A DNA stretch of 62,836 nt, the filler included. It is 13 parts of 13 records of this genome, joined end to end, with 100 filler letters (N's around TTAATTAATTAA, not from the genome) between each part and the next. Parts side by side here need not be neighbours in the genome. Positions count along the whole stretch, not along the records: positions 21,167 to 28,361 come from SRR11831580_2666; positions 28,462 to 30,697 come from SRR11831580_2681; positions 30,798 to 38,591 come from SRR11831580_2684; 10 more parts are not named here. The stretch is one strand, 5' to 3'. A program made the translations under genes and the position numbers. Shown piece after piece: positions 24,175-36,427 of this stretch (the stretch's first letter is position 1; the number at the start of each line of letters is the position of its first letter). The notes beneath the pieces are model-generated. The model did not search any database. It saw nothing but the letters and a program-made list of their open reading frames with translations, and was not told where the DNA came from.

Positions 24175-24192
24175 TCGTCTTGTTTGATACAC

Positions 24193-24216
24193 AAGGGTCG
24201 CATCTGCGGCCCTTTT
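24193..24216 (+). terminator. Hairpin / leaky terminator between recA and recX
   Basis: aagggtcgca-tc-tgcggccctt followed by T-run. Confidence 0.7.
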
Positions 24217-24242
24217 GCTTTTTTAAGTTGTAAGGATATGCC

Positions 24243-24743
24243 ATGACAGAATCAACATCCCGTCGCCCGGCATATGCTCGCCTGTTGGATCGTGCGGTAC
24301 GCATTCTGGCGGTGCGCGATCACAGTGAGCAAGAACTGCGACGTAAACTCGCGGCACCGATTATGGGCAAAAATGGCCCAGAAGAGATTGATGCTACGGC
24401 AGAAGATTACGAGCGCGTTATTGCCTGGTGCCATGAACATGGCTATCTCGATGACAGCCGATTTGTTGCGCGCTTTATCGCCAGCCGTAGCCGCAAAGGT
24501 TATGGACCTGCGCGTATTCGCCAGGAACTGAATCAGAAAGGTATTTCCCGCGAAGCGACAGAAAAAGCGATGCGTGAATGTGACATCGACTGGTGCGCAC
24601 TGGCGCGCGATCAGGCGACGCGAAAATATGGCGAACCTTTGCCAACTGTCTTTTCAGAAAAAGTTAAGATCCAGCGTTTTCTGCTCTATCGTGGCTATCT
24701 GATGGAAGATATCCAGGAGATTTGGCGAAATTTTGCCGACTGA
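24243..24743 (+). CDS. recX: RecA regulator RecX
   Basis: 166 aa; RDHSEQEL and GPARIRQEL motifs. Confidence 0.96.
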   Translation: MTESTSRRPAYARLLDRAVRILAVRDHSEQELRRKLAAPIMGKNGPEEIDATAEDYERVIAWCHEHGYLDDSRFVARFIASRSRKGYGPARIRQELNQKGISREATEKAMRECDIDWCALARDQATRKYGEPLPTVFSEKVKIQRFLLYRGYLMEDIQEIWRNFAD

Positions 24744-24870
24744 ACGCATACGGTATTTTACTTCCCAGTCAAGAAAACTTATCTTATTCCCACTTTTCAG
24801 TTACCAGCCCGGCGGTTAAGACACGCTGGAGCTGGTGGCGATATTTCGTTAGCTTGATTTCAGGATAATT

Positions 24871-27501
24871 ATGAGCAAGAGCACCGCTGAGATCCGTCAG
24901 GCGTTTCTCGACTTTTTCCATAGTAAGGGACATCAGGTAGTTGCCAGCAGCTCCCTGGTACCCCATAACGACCCAACTTTGTTGTTTACCAACGCCGGGA
25001 TGAACCAGTTCAAGGATGTGTTCCTTGGGCTCGACAAGCGTAATTATTCCCGCGCTACCACTTCCCAACGCTGCGTGCGTGCGGGTGGTAAACACAACGA
25101 CCTGGAAAACGTCGGTTACACCGCGCGTCACCATACCTTCTTCGAAATGCTGGGCAACTTCAGCTTCGGCGACTATTTCAAACACGATGCCATTCAGTTT
25201 GCATGGGAACTGCTGACCAGCGAAAAATGGTTTGCCCTGCCGAAAGAGCGTCTGTGGGTTACCGTCTATGAAAGCGACGACGAAGCCTACGAAATCTGGG
25301 AAAAAGAAGTAGGGATCCCGCGCGAACGTATTATTCGCATCGGCGATAACAAAGGTGCGCCATACGCATCTGACAACTTCTGGCAGATGGGTGACACTGG
25401 TCCGTGCGGCCCGTGCACCGAAATCTTCTACGATCACGGCGACCACATTTGGGGGGGCCCTCCGGGAAGCCCGGAAGAAGACGGCGACCGCTACATTGAG
25501 ATCTGGAACATCGTCTTCATGCAGTTCAACCGCCAGGCCGATGGCACGATGGAACCGCTGCCGAAGCCGTCTGTAGATACCGGTATGGGTCTGGAGCGTA
25601 TTGCTGCGGTGCTGCAACACGTTAACTCTAACTATGACATCGACCTGTTCCGCACGCTGATCCAGGCGGTAGCGAAAGTCACTGGCGCAACCGATCTGAG
25701 CAATAAATCGCTGCGCGTAATCGCTGACCACATTCGTTCTTGTGCGTTCCTGATCGCGGATGGCGTAATGCCGTCCAATGAAAACCGTGGTTATGTACTG
25801 CGTCGTATCATTCGTCGCGCAGTGCGTCACGGTAATATGCTCGGCGCGAAAGAAACCTTCTTCTACAAACTGGTTGGTCCGCTGATCGACGTTATGGGCT
25901 CTGCGGGTGAAGACCTGAAACGCCAGCAGGCGCAGGTTGAGCAGGTGCTGAAGACTGAAGAAGAGCAGTTTGCTCGTACTCTGGAGCGCGGTCTGGCGTT
26001 GCTGGATGAAGAGCTGGCAAAACTTTCTGGTGATACGCTGGATGGTGAAACTGCTTTCCGTCTGTACGACACCTATGGCTTCCCGGTTGACCTGACGGCT
26101 GATGTTTGTCGTGAGCGCAACATCAAAGTTGACGAAGCTGGTTTTGAAGCTGCAATGGAAGAGCAGCGTCGTCGCGCGCGCGAAGCCAGCGGCTTTGGTG
26201 CCGATTACAACGCAATGATCCGTGTTGACAGTGCATCTGAATTTAAAGGCTATGACCATCTGGAACTGAACGGCAAAGTGACTGCGCTGTTTGTTGATGG
26301 TAAAGCGGTTGATGCCATCAATGCAGGCCAGGAAGCTGTGGTCGTGCTGGATCAAACGCCATTCTATGCGGAATCCGGCGGTCAGGTTGGCGATAAAGGC
26401 GAACTGAAAGGCGCTAACTTCTCCTTTGCGGTGGAAGATACGCAGAAATACGGCCAGGCGATTGGTCACATCGGTAAACTTGCTGCGGGTTCTCTGAAAG
26501 TGGGCGACGCGGTGCAGGCTGATGTTGATGAGGCTCGTCGCGCCCGTATTCGTCTGAATCACTCCGCAACGCACCTGATGCACGCTGCGCTGCGCCAGGT
26601 TCTGGGTACTCATGTATCGCAGAAAGGTTCACTGGTTAACGACAAGGTGCTGCGCTTCGACTTCTCACACAACGAAGCGATGAAACCAGAAGAGATTCGT
26701 GCGGTCGAAGACCTGGTGAACACACAGATTCGTCGCAATTTGCCGATCGAAACCAACATCATGGATCTCGAAGCGGCGAAAGCGAAAGGTGCGATGGCGC
26801 TGTTCGGCGAGAAGTATGATGAGCGCGTACGCGTGCTGAGCATGGGCGATTTCTCTACCGAGTTGTGTGGCGGTACTCACGCCAGCCGCACTGGTGATAT
26901 TGGTCTGTTCCGCATCATCTCTGAATCGGGTACTGCTGCAGGCGTTCGTCGTATCGAAGCGGTAACCGGAGAAGGTGCTATCGCCACCGTTCATGCAGAC
27001 AGCGATCGCTTAAGCGAAGTCGCGCATCTGCTGAAAGGCGATAGCAATAATCTGGCTGATAAAGTGCGCTCAGTACTGGAACGTACGCGTCAGCTGGAAA
27101 AAGAGTTACAACAGCTTAAAGAACAAGCTGCCGCACAGGAGAGCGCAAATCTTTCCAGTAAGGCAATTGATGTTAATGGTGTTAAGCTGTTGGTTAGCGA
27201 GCTTAGCGGTGTTGAGCCGAAAATGTTGCGTACCATGGTTGACGATTTAAAAAATCAGCTGGGGTCGACAATTATCGTGCTGGCAACGGTAGTCGAAGGT
27301 AAGGTTTCTCTGATTGCAGGCGTATCTAAGGACGTCACAGATCGTGTGAAAGCAGGGGAACTGATTGGTATGGTCGCTCAGCAGGTGGGCGGCAAGGGTG
27401 GTGGACGTCCTGACATGGCGCAAGCCGGTGGTACGGATGCTGCGGCCTTACCTGCAGCGTTAGCCAGTGTGAAAGGCTGGGTCAGCGCGAAATTGCAATA
27501 A
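24871..27501 (+). CDS. alaS: Alanine--tRNA ligase
   Basis: 876 aa; [29 protein letters not shown]. Confidence 0.98.
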
Positions 27502-27516
27502 TATAAGCGTCAGGCA

Positions 27517-27542
27517 ATGCCGTGGACTCGCTTCACGGCATT
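27517..27542 (+). terminator. Hairpin downstream of alaS
   Basis: aatgccgtgg...tcacggcatt inverted repeat. Confidence 0.55.
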
Positions 27543-27735
27543 CGCATTAACGCTATCGACAACGATAAAGTCAGGTTGAAGTTGTGTATATCGGCTAAAC
27601 TTAGGTTTAACAGAATGTAATGCCATGACTGCTTAGATGTAATGTGTTTGTCATTGCTTACTTTTTGGCGTTATATGATGGATAATGCCGGGATACAGAG
27701 AGACCCGACTCTTTTAATCTTTCAAGGAGCAAAGA

Positions 27736-27921
27736 ATGCTGATTCTGACTCGTCGAGTTGGTGAGACCCTCATGATTGGGGATGAGGTCACCGTGACAGT
27801 TTTAGGGGTAAAGGGCAACCAGGTACGTATTGGCGTAAATGCCCCGAAGGAAGTTTCTGTTCACCGTGAAGAGATCTACCAGCGTATCCAGGCTGAAAAA
27901 TCCCAGCAGTCCAGTTACTAA
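27736..27921 (+). CDS. csrA: Carbon storage regulator
   Basis: [10 protein letters not shown]...[10 protein letters not shown], 61 aa. Confidence 0.98.
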
Positions 27922-28236
27922 TCTTTCCGCGTCTCATCTTTATCGGTGAGACGCACCCTCAAAATTTCTCCTTCACTCTATAGTCTTTTCGCTTTACTCC
28001 CGTTCATTCAACTTAAGTCTCCATTTTTTTGCATTACTACTATCTGTCAGACCTCCATTCTTCTGTTGATAAAACACTCTTTTTGACGTTTTTACAGACT
28101 AATTGAACGTGAAGTGTGCAAACGATAAAAGTGTAGGAAAAATTGTTTGACTTATAAGTCTCAGAAAGTAATATGTGCGCCACGCAGCGACGATGAGCGA
28201 TAAACAAGTTCTTCGAAGCACTCGTAAGAGGCGTGT

Positions 28237-28329
28237 GGTGAGGTGGCCGAGAGGCTGAAGGCGCTCCCCTGCTAAGGGAGTATGCGGTCAAAAGCTGCAT
28301 CCGGGGTTCGAATCCCCGCCTCACCGCCA
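28237..28329 (+). tRNA. serV: tRNA-Ser (GCT)
   Basis: 93 nt GGTGAGG...CCGCCA, GCT anticodon, long variable arm, GGTTCGAATCC T-loop. Confidence 0.96.
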
Positions 28330-28332
28330 TTT

Positions 28333-28361
28333 GCATCCGTAGCTCAGCTGGATAGAGTACT
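28333..28361 (+). tRNA. argV: tRNA-Arg 5' fragment (truncated by contig end)
   Basis: GCATCCGTAGCTCAGCTGGATAGAGTACT directly after serV. Confidence 0.85.
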
Positions 28362-28461
28362 NNNNNNNNNNNNNNNNNNNNNNNNNNNNNNNNNNNNNNN
28401 NNNNNTTAATTAATTAANNNNNNNNNNNNNNNNNNNNNNNNNNNNNNNNNNNNNNNNNNNN

Positions 28462-28586
28462 CCGTGGGTTAATTTTTTAAATGGGGGTTTATCGGCATTA
28501 TGGGCGTTATTTTTATCGCCGTCGGTTTATTAATAAGTATGCCCTCCTCTAAAAAATCACGCAGGAAACGGAAGTCCCGCCCATGA
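28462..28586 (+). CDS. ymfA: 3' end of inner-membrane protein YmfA (partial; apparent 1-nt loss in T-run near 28473-28478)
   Basis: ...[35 protein letters not shown] with ATGA overlap onto ycfZ. Confidence 0.7.
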
Positions 28587-29371
28587 AAAAATTCATTATA
28601 CTGCTCAGTTTACTGATACTCCTGCCTCTGACAGCAGCCAGCAAGCCATTAATTCCAATAATGAAGACACTTTTTACGGACGTTACCGGTACTGTACCAG
28701 ATGCTGAAGAGATCGCGCATAAAGCCGAGCTTTTTCGCCAACAAACGGGAATTGCACCGTTTATTGTGGTTTTACCCGACATTAATAATGAAGCCAGTCT
28801 CAGACAAAATGGTAAAGCGATGCTGGCGCATGCGTCATCTTCATTGAGTGATGTAAAAGGAAGTGTTCTGTTACTATTTACTACCCGCGAACCACGGTTA
28901 ATTATGATCACCAACGGCCAGGTTGAAAGTGGTCTGGACGATAAACATCTCGGCCTTCTGATAGAAAATCACACGCTGGCTTATTTAAATGCAGATCTCT
29001 GGTATCAGGGAATCAATAATGCATTGGCTGTTCTACAAGCACAGATATTAAAACAATCGACGCCGCCACTAACGTATTATCCGCATCCAGGACAACAGCA
29101 TGAAAATGCTCCCCCCGGCAGCACCAACACATTAGGTTTTATCGCCTGGGCTGCGACGTTTATCTTATTTTCCAGGATCTTTTACTACACGACTCGTTTT
29201 ATTTATGCGTTAAAATTTGCAGTGGCGATGACTATTGCCAATATGGGTTATCAGGCTTTATGTTTGTATATCGATAATAGCTTTGCGATTACCAGAATAT
29301 CGCCACTCTGGGCAGGGCTAATTGGTGTCTGTACGTTTATTGCCGCATTGTTATTGACGAGTAAACGATAA
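28583..29371 (+). CDS. ycfZ: Inner-membrane protein YcfZ
   Basis: 262-aa ORF, signal-like N terminus and C-terminal TM helices; convergent with cobB. Confidence 0.9.
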
Positions 29372-29399
29372 AAGAGGCCGGAAAAGTGCGCGTGTATTA

Positions 29400-29497
29400 T
29401 TCCGGATGGGGCGCGAACGCCTTATCCGGCCCACAAAACCCGCAAATTCAATTAATTGCGTCCCCTTGCAGGCCTGATAAGCGTAGTGCATCAGGCA
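29400..29497. repeat. REP/BIME element
   Basis: tccggatggggcgcgaacgccttatccggcccac and gcctgataagcgtagtgcatcaggc REP copies. Confidence 0.8.
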
Positions 29498-30330
29498 ATG
29501 CTTCCCGCTTTTAATCCCTTCAGCAACTTTTCAACAAACTCAGGCACCACCTGGCTTGCCGGGCCGTAATATTTCTCGGCAAATTCATTACCAACCTGAC
29601 TCGGTTCAAGATTCAGTTCCACGGTGTGCGCGCCATGCAGTTTCGCTTCGTGAACAAACCCAGCCGCCGGATAAACATGCCCGGATGTGCCAATGGCAAT
29701 GAAAATATCGGCCATCGACAACGCCATATAAATTTCATCCATGCCGAGTGGCATTTCGCCAAACCACACTACGTGCGGGCGCAAGGGTGCCGGAAACTGG
29801 CAACAATGGCATTTATCTTCTGGGGTAACGTCTCCTGTCCAGTCGAGAACCTGACCACTTTGTGAACAACGCACTTTCAGCAGTTCCCCATGCATATGAA
29901 TCACATTGGTATTACCTGCGCGTTCATGCAGGTTGTCGATATTCTGCGTCACCAGCAAAAAGCGATCGCCGAGGGCGTCTTGCAGTTTAGCCAGCGCAAG
30001 ATGCGCGGCGTTAGGCTGAATTTCTGGCTGCTGCAGCTGTCGACGACGGGCGTTATAAAACGCTTGCACCAGTTCAGGATCGCGATCGAAACCTTCCGGC
30101 GTTGCCACATCTTCAACCCGATGTTCTTCCCACAGGCCATCTGCGGCGCGAAAGGTACGAATACCTGATTCCGCAGAAATTCCTGCCCCTGTCAGTACGA
30201 GTACTCTTGGTTTTTCCATTGCTTCCGGCACCACTTTATCTCTGAAAAAAATACGCTGACGCAAACGCTCGCGCAGGCGGCGTTTATTTTTACGAAAACG
30301 ACTTAACCGATGACCCCGACGCGACAGCAT
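29491..30330 (-). CDS. cobB: NAD-dependent protein deacylase (sirtuin)
   Basis: [27 protein letters not shown] motifs. Confidence 0.97.
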   Translation of the reverse strand: MLSRRGHRLSRFRKNKRRLRERLRQRIFFRDKVVPEAMEKPRVLVLTGAGISAESGIRTFRAADGLWEEHRVEDVATPEGFDRDPELVQAFYNARRRQLQQPEIQPNAAHLALAKLQDALGDRFLLVTQNIDNLHERAGNTNVIHMHGELLKVRCSQSGQVLDWTGDVTPEDKCHCCQFPAPLRPHVVWFGEMPLGMDEIYMALSMADIFIAIGTSGHVYPAAGFVHEAKLHGAHTVELNLEPSQVGNEFAEKYYGPASQVVPEFVEKLLKGLKAGSIA

Positions 30331-30345
30331 AGCAACCTCTGTTGT

Positions 30346-30697
30346 TTAATCGGTTAGATGTAGGAAGGCCGCACCACGCATTCCTCCCGCATCACCGTGG
30401 CGCGCGCGTTCAATGCGCGGAACACGAGCTACAGGTAAGAGATGACGAGGCAGCCTGTCCGCCAGTTGCGTTGTGATTGCCGGGAAATTCGATAAGCCAC
30501 CACCAATGACGACCAGGTCAGGGTCAACGATGGTCAGGATATTTCCCAGACAAACCGCTAATAAATCCAGATAACGCTCAACGTGCGCCCTTGCCTGCTC
30601 ATCGCCTTGATCATAAAGCGCAATAATTTCGGGAGCCTGCAACGGTTGATGATAATAGTGTTGATACAGCCACGCAAAACCGCGACCAGACAGATAA
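30346..30697 (-). CDS. nagK: N-acetylglucosamine kinase (5' truncated)
   Basis: ROK-family C terminus [12 protein letters not shown]...AGGMRGAA. Confidence 0.9.
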
Positions 30698-30797
30698 NNN
30701 NNNNNNNNNNNNNNNNNNNNNNNNNNNNNNNNNNNNNNNNNTTAATTAATTAANNNNNNNNNNNNNNNNNNNNNNNNNNNNNNNNNNNNNNNNNNNN

Positions 30798-32489
30798 CTG
30801 GCTTCTGTGCTCGACTGCACCGTCACGCCGATGGGCAGCCGTATGCTGAAACGCTGGCTGCATATGCCAGTGCGCGATACCCGCGTGTTGCTTGAGCGCC
30901 AGCAAACTATTGGCGCATTGCAGGATTTCACCGCCGGGCTACAGCCGGTACTGCGTCAGGTCGGCGACCTGGAACGTATTCTGGCACGTCTGGCTTTACG
31001 AACTGCTCGCCCACGCGATCTGGCCCGTATGCGCCACGCTTTCCAGCAACTGCCGGAGCTGCGTGCGCAGTTAGAAACTGTCGATAGTGCACCGGTACAG
31101 GCGCTACGTGAGAAGATGGGCGAGTTTGCCGAGCTGCGCGATCTGCTGGAGCGAGCAATCATCGACACACCGCCGGTGCTGGTACGCGACGGTGGTGTTA
31201 TCGCATCGGGCTATAACGAAGAGCTGGATGAGTGGCGCGCGCTGGCTGACGGCGCGACCGATTATCTGGAGCGTCTGGAAGTCCGCGAGCGTGAACGTAC
31301 CGGCCTGGACACGCTGAAAGTTGGCTTTAATGCGGTGCACGGCTACTACATTCAAATCAGCCGTGGGCAAAGCCATCTGGCACCCATCAACTACATGCGT
31401 CGCCAGACGCTGAAAAACGCCGAGCGCTACATCATTCCAGAGCTAAAAGAGTACGAAGATAAAGTTCTCACCTCAAAAGGCAAAGCACTGGCACTGGAAA
31501 AACAGCTTTATGAAGAGCTGTTCGACCTGCTGTTGCCGCATCTGGAAGCGTTGCAACAGAGCGCGAGCGCGCTGGCGGAACTCGACGTGCTGGTTAACCT
31601 GGCGGAACGGGCCTATACCCTGAACTACACCTGCCCGACCTTCATTGATAAACCGGGCATTCGCATTACCGAAGGTCGCCATCCGGTAGTTGAACAAGTA
31701 CTGAATGAGCCATTTATCGCCAACCCGCTGAATCTGTCGCCGCAGCGCCGCATGTTGATCATCACCGGTCCGAACATGGGCGGTAAAAGTACCTATATGC
31801 GCCAGACCGCACTGATTGCGCTGATGGCCTACATCGGCAGCTATGTACCGGCACAAAAAGTCGAGATTGGACCTATCGATCGCATCTTTACCCGCGTAGG
31901 CGCGGCAGATGACCTGGCGTCCGGGCGCTCAACCTTTATGGTGGAGATGACTGAAACCGCCAATATTTTACATAACGCCACCGAATACAGTCTGGTGTTA
32001 ATGGATGAGATCGGGCGTGGAACGTCCACCTACGATGGTCTGTCGCTGGCGTGGGCGTGCGCGGAAAATCTGGCGAATAAGATTAAGGCATTGACGTTAT
32101 TTGCTACCCACTATTTCGAGCTGACCCAGTTACCGGAGAAAATGGAAGGCGTCGCTAACGTGCATCTCGATGCACTGGAGCACGGCGACACCATTGCCTT
32201 TATGCACAGCGTGCAGGATGGCGCGGCGAGCAAAAGCTACGGCCTGGCGGTTGCAGCTCTGGCAGGCGTGCCAAAAGAGGTTATTAAGCGCGCACGGCAA
32301 AAGCTGCGTGAGCTGGAAAGCATTTCGCCGAACGCCGCCGCTACGCAAGTGGATGGTACGCAAATGTCTTTGCTGTCAGTACCAGAAGAAACTTCGCCTG
32401 CGGTCGAAGCTCTGGAAAATCTTGATCCGGATTCACTCACCCCGCGTCAGGCGCTGGAGTGGATTTATCGCTTGAAGAGCCTGGTGTAA
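30798..32489 (+). CDS. mutS: Mismatch repair protein MutS (5' truncated)
   Basis: [26 protein letters not shown] motifs. Confidence 0.97.
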   Translation: MASVLDCTVTPMGSRMLKRWLHMPVRDTRVLLERQQTIGALQDFTAGLQPVLRQVGDLERILARLALRTARPRDLARMRHAFQQLPELRAQLETVDSAPVQALREKMGEFAELRDLLERAIIDTPPVLVRDGGVIASGYNEELDEWRALADGATDYLERLEVRERERTGLDTLKVGFNAVHGYYIQISRGQSHLAPINYMRRQTLKNAERYIIPELKEYEDKVLTSKGKALALEKQLYEELFDLLLPHLEALQQSASALAELDVLVNLAERAYTLNYTCPTFIDKPGIRITEGRHPVVEQVLNEPFIANPLNLSPQRRMLIITGPNMGGKSTYMRQTALIALMAYIGSYVPAQKVEIGPIDRIFTRVGAADDLASGRSTFMVEMTETANILHNATEYSLVLMDEIGRGTSTYDGLSLAWACAENLANKIKALTLFATHYFELTQLPEKMEGVANVHLDALEHGDTIAFMHSVQDGAASKSYGLAVAALAGVPKEVIKRARQKLRELESISPNAAATQVDGTQMSLLSVPEETSPAVEALENLDPDSLTPRQALEWIYRLKSLV

Positions 32490-32495
32490 TAACAA

Positions 32496-32522
32496 TTCCC
32501 GATAGTCTTTTGCTATCGGGAA
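32496..32522 (+). terminator. Hairpin downstream of mutS
   Basis: ttcccgatag...ctatcgggaa inverted repeat. Confidence 0.6.
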
Positions 32523-32594
32523 TATTAACGACAACTGACGAATAAAATAAAAACACCCTGTATAATAGGAAAGCTTATTTTACAGGGTAAAACC

Positions 32595-33251
32595 ATGCCA
32601 TCTACACGCTATCAAAAAATCAATGCCCATCACTATCGCCATATATGGGTCGTTGGTGATATTCATGGTGAATATCAGTTATTACAATCCCGCTTACATC
32701 AACTCTCTTTTTTCCCCAAAATCGACTTACTTATTTCTGTCGGCGATAATATTGATCGTGGACCGGAGAGTCTTGACGTCCTGCGCCTGCTAAACCAACC
32801 CTGGTTTACGTCGGTTAAAGGCAACCACGAAGCGATGGCGCTTGAGGCATTCGAAACTGGCGATGGCAATATGTGGCTTGCCAGCGGTGGTGACTGGTTT
32901 TTCGATTTAAATGATTCAGAGCAACAAGAGGCAATAGATCTGTTGCTGAAATTCCATCACCTTCCACATATTATTGAAATCACTAACGACAACATAAAAT
33001 ATGCCATCGCACATGCAGATTATCCGGGGAGTGAATATCTCTTTGGTAAAGAAATAGCGGAGAGCGAATTACTCTGGCCTGTTGATCGTGTGCAGAAATC
33101 GCTTAATGGCGAGTTACAACAAATAAACGGCGCTGATTATTTTATATTTGGACATATGATGTTTGATAACATTCAGACGTTCGCTAACCAGATTTATATT
33201 GATACCGGATCGCCGAACAGCGGGCGGCTGTCATTTTATAAAATAAAGTAG
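32595..33251 (+). CDS. pphB: Ser/Thr protein phosphatase 2
   Basis: GDIHG, GDNIDRG, GNHE metallophosphoesterase motifs. Confidence 0.95.
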   Translation: MPSTRYQKINAHHYRHIWVVGDIHGEYQLLQSRLHQLSFFPKIDLLISVGDNIDRGPESLDVLRLLNQPWFTSVKGNHEAMALEAFETGDGNMWLASGGDWFFDLNDSEQQEAIDLLLKFHHLPHIIEITNDNIKYAIAHADYPGSEYLFGKEIAESELLWPVDRVQKSLNGELQQINGADYFIFGHMMFDNIQTFANQIYIDTGSPNSGRLSFYKIK

Positions 33252-33301
33252 TCTCATGCTTCTTCTGTGAAGCATGAGTAACCCGGTGTTATTGCAGGCC
33301 A

Positions 33302-34099
33302 TTATTCATTTTTCGCTACCAGCAAAGAGAGATCCTGCTTCACCAGCGCGCGACTGGCACTCTCCGGCAAACCGTCGTCTGTAATAATCTGATCAAACTC
33401 GCTTAATGGTAACGCCAGCCATGTCGCCACCTGACCATATTTCGTCGCATCACAGACCAAAACTCGCTGGCGGCTGGCACTGGCAATCGCCCGTTTCACC
33501 GTGACTTTATCTTCCGCTGGCGTAGAAATCCCCCGCACACTCCATGACGATGCAGAAATAAAAGCCTGATCAATCATCAGGCTGCGCAGCATGGTCGCAG
33601 CGGCTTCCCCGACACAGGAACGGTTTTCCCGACACACTGCACCGCCAGTGTGAATAATTGTGCAATTACTGTTGTCGAGCAAGTAGTCCGCAATAACGAA
33701 ATCGTTTGTGACCACAGTCAGTGACTCCATGTGAATCAGATGCTGTGCTATCGCTAACGTGGTCGTTCCCGCATCCAGATAGATACAACTTCCCGGCTGA
33801 ACAAGACTTGCCGCCAGCTTGCCAATAGCCGCTTTTTGCGTCATTGCCAGCGCAGTTTTTACCTGATGAGAAGGTTCATGCGCCACGCGTCCCGGAGACT
33901 GGACGCCTCCGGACACCAGCACAACGGCTCCCTGCTGCTCCAGTTTTTGTAAATCCCGACGAATGGTCATATGTGACACATTCATTCTGTCCGTTAGTTC
34001 AGCAATACTGACAATGCCTTTTTCAGCTACCATCTCAAGGATGATTTGGCGACGCTCTACGGGTATCAACTTTTGCTCCTTCCTTTGTCCTGCTGACAT
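33302..34099 (-). CDS. ygbI: DeoR-family regulator
   Basis: VSHMTIRRDL HTH and LDAGTT; true start may be about 10 codons downstream. Confidence 0.92.
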   Translation of the reverse strand: MSAGQRKEQKLIPVERRQIILEMVAEKGIVSIAELTDRMNVSHMTIRRDLQKLEQQGAVVLVSGGVQSPGRVAHEPSHQVKTALAMTQKAAIGKLAASLVQPGSCIYLDAGTTTLAIAQHLIHMESLTVVTNDFVIADYLLDNSNCTIIHTGGAVCRENRSCVGEAAATMLRSLMIDQAFISASSWSVRGISTPAEDKVTVKRAIASASRQRVLVCDATKYGQVATWLALPLSEFDQIITDDGLPESASRALVKQDLSLLVAKNE

Positions 34100-34264
34100 T
34101 CTACGCTATTTGCCTGCGAAACGTGCGCGGCGCAACTAACGCTTAGTTCACATAAAATAACACACAATGTTAATTTATGTGAATCAGATCACCATACCGT
34201 TATCTTCCAGCGCTTATATTCACAATATCAAACAAAATATCACTTAAATTAACAAGGAGAGCAG

Positions 34265-35173
34265 ATGAAAACGGGATCTGAGTTTCATGTCGGTATCGTT
34301 GGCTTAGGGTCAATGGGAATGGGAGCAGCACTGTCATATGTCCGCGCAGGTCTTTCTACCTGGGGCGCAGACCTGAACAGCAATGCCTGCGCTACGTTGA
34401 AAGAGGCAGGTGCTTGCGGGGTTTCTGATAACGCCGCGACGTTTGCCGAAAAACTGGACGCACTGCTGGTGCTGGTGGTCAATGCGGCCCAGGTTAAACA
34501 GGTGCTGTTTGGTGAAACAGGCGTTGCACAACATCTGAAACCCGGTACGGCAGTAATGGTTTCTTCCACTATCGCTAGTGCTGATGCGCAAGAAATTGCT
34601 ACCGCTCTGGCTGGATTCGATCTGGAAATGCTGGATGCGCCAGTTTCTGGTGGTGCAGTAAAAGCCGCTAACGGTGAAATGACTGTCATGGCCTCCGGTA
34701 GCGATATTGCCTTTGAACGACTGGCACCCGTGCTGGAAGCCGTTGCCGGAAAAGTTTATCGCATAGGTGCAGAACCGGGACTAGGTTCGACCGTAAAAAT
34801 TATTCACCAGTTGTTAGCGGGCGTACATATTGCTGCCGGAGCCGAAGCGATGGCACTTGCAGCCCGTGCGGGGATCCCGCTGGATGTGATGTATGACGTC
34901 GTGACCAATGCCGCCGGAAATTCCTGGATGTTCGAAAACCGGATGCGTCATGTGGTGGATGGCGATTACACCCCGCATTCAGCCGTCGATATTTTTGTTA
35001 AGGATCTTGGTCTGGTTGCCGATACAGCCAAAGCCCTGCACTTCCCGCTGCCATTGGCCTCAACAGCATTGAATATGTTCACCAGCGCCAGTAACGCGGG
35101 TTACGGGAAAGAAGACGATAGCGCAGTTATCAAGATTTTCTCTGGCATCACTCTACCGGGAGCGAAATCATGA
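34265..35173 (+). CDS. ygbJ: L-threonate dehydrogenase-like (HIBADH family)
   Basis: GLGSMG, DAPVSGG motifs. Confidence 0.93.
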   Translation: MKTGSEFHVGIVGLGSMGMGAALSYVRAGLSTWGADLNSNACATLKEAGACGVSDNAATFAEKLDALLVLVVNAAQVKQVLFGETGVAQHLKPGTAVMVSSTIASADAQEIATALAGFDLEMLDAPVSGGAVKAANGEMTVMASGSDIAFERLAPVLEAVAGKVYRIGAEPGLGSTVKIIHQLLAGVHIAAGAEAMALAARAGIPLDVMYDVVTNAAGNSWMFENRMRHVVDGDYTPHSAVDIFVKDLGLVADTAKALHFPLPLASTALNMFTSASNAGYGKEDDSAVIKIFSGITLPGAKS

Positions 35174-36336
35174 TCAAGATTGGCGTTATCGCCGATGATT
35201 TTACCGGCGCGACGGATATCGCCAGTTTTCTGGTGGAAAACGGTCTACCAACGGTACAAATTAACGGTGTTCCAACAGGTAAAATGCCGGAAGCAATCGA
35301 CGCACTGGTGATCAGCCTGAAAACGCGCTCCTGTCCAGTGGTTGAAGCCACACAGCAATCGCTGGCGGCTCTGAGCTGGTTGCAACAGCAAGGTTGCAAA
35401 CAGATCTATTTCAAATACTGCTCTACTTTCGACAGTACGGCGAAAGGTAATATTGGCCCGGTTACCGATGCCTTAATGGATGCTCTCGACACGCCGTTTA
35501 CGGTCTTCTCTCCGGCCCTGCCGGTCAACGGACGTACGGTTTATCAGGGGTATTTGTTCGTAATGAATCAACTGCTGGCCGAATCCGGGATGCGCCATCA
35601 CCCGGTAAATCCCATGACCGACAGCTATCTTCCCCGTCTGGTTGAAGCGCAATCCACAGGGCGCTGCGGCGTCGTTTCGGCACATGTTTTCGAACAAGGT
35701 GTGGATGCCGTTCGTCAAGAGCTGGCTCGCTTACAGCAAGAGGGCTACCGCTACGCGGTGCTTGATGCGCTGACCGAACACCATCTGGAAATTCAGGGAG
35801 AAGCCTTGCGCGATGCCCCACTGGTAACGGGCGGTTCTGGTCTGGCGATTGGCCTGGCCCGGCAGTGGGCGCAAGAAAACGGTAACCAGGCTCGCAAAGC
35901 AGGGCGTCCGCTCGCTGGGCGCGGCGTAGTGCTCTCCGGTTCATGCTCTCAAATGACCAACCGCCAGGTAGCACATTACCGTCAAATTGCACCAGCCCGT
36001 GAAGTTGATGTGGCACGCTGCCTCTCAATTGAAACTCTGGCCGCTTATGCACACGAACTGGCAGAGTGGGTTCTGGGCCAGGAAAGTGTACTTGCTCCAC
36101 TGGTTTTTGCCACCGCCAGCACTGACGCATTGGCAGCAATTCAACAGCAATACGGTGCACAAAAAGCCAGTCAGGCAGTAGAAACACTGTTTTCTCAACT
36201 AGCGGCGCGGTTAGCAGCGGAAGGCGTGACACGCTTTATTGTCGCAGGCGGTGAGACCTCCGGCGTAGTCACACAGAGCCTGGGAATAAAAGGGTTTCAT
36301 ATTGGCCCAACCATTTCCCCGGCGTGCCGTGGGTAA
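35170..36336 (+). CDS. ygbK: 3-oxo-tetronate kinase-like (DUF1537), C-terminally frameshifted
   Basis: ADDFTGATD, KYCSTFDS, GGETS; conserved KSGNFG tail lies in another frame to 36431. Confidence 0.9.
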   Translation: MIKIGVIADDFTGATDIASFLVENGLPTVQINGVPTGKMPEAIDALVISLKTRSCPVVEATQQSLAALSWLQQQGCKQIYFKYCSTFDSTAKGNIGPVTDALMDALDTPFTVFSPALPVNGRTVYQGYLFVMNQLLAESGMRHHPVNPMTDSYLPRLVEAQSTGRCGVVSAHVFEQGVDAVRQELARLQQEGYRYAVLDALTEHHLEIQGEALRDAPLVTGGSGLAIGLARQWAQENGNQARKAGRPLAGRGVVLSGSCSQMTNRQVAHYRQIAPAREVDVARCLSIETLAAYAHELAEWVLGQESVLAPLVFATASTDALAAIQQQYGAQKASQAVETLFSQLAARLAAEGVTRFIVAGGETSGVVTQSLGIKGFHIGPTISPACRG

Positions 36337-36427
36337 ACGCACTGGATAAGCCTGTCTCACTCGCCCTTAAATCTGGCAACTTCGGTGATGACGCCTTTTT
36401 TTCACGAGCCCAAAGAGAGTTTTTATC

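Noticed and set aside
24784-26613. 609-aa ORF antisense to alaS
   Set aside because: Shadow ORF opposite a highly codon-biased essential gene, with no recognisable motifs. The same applies to 11024-11974 opposite hybC.
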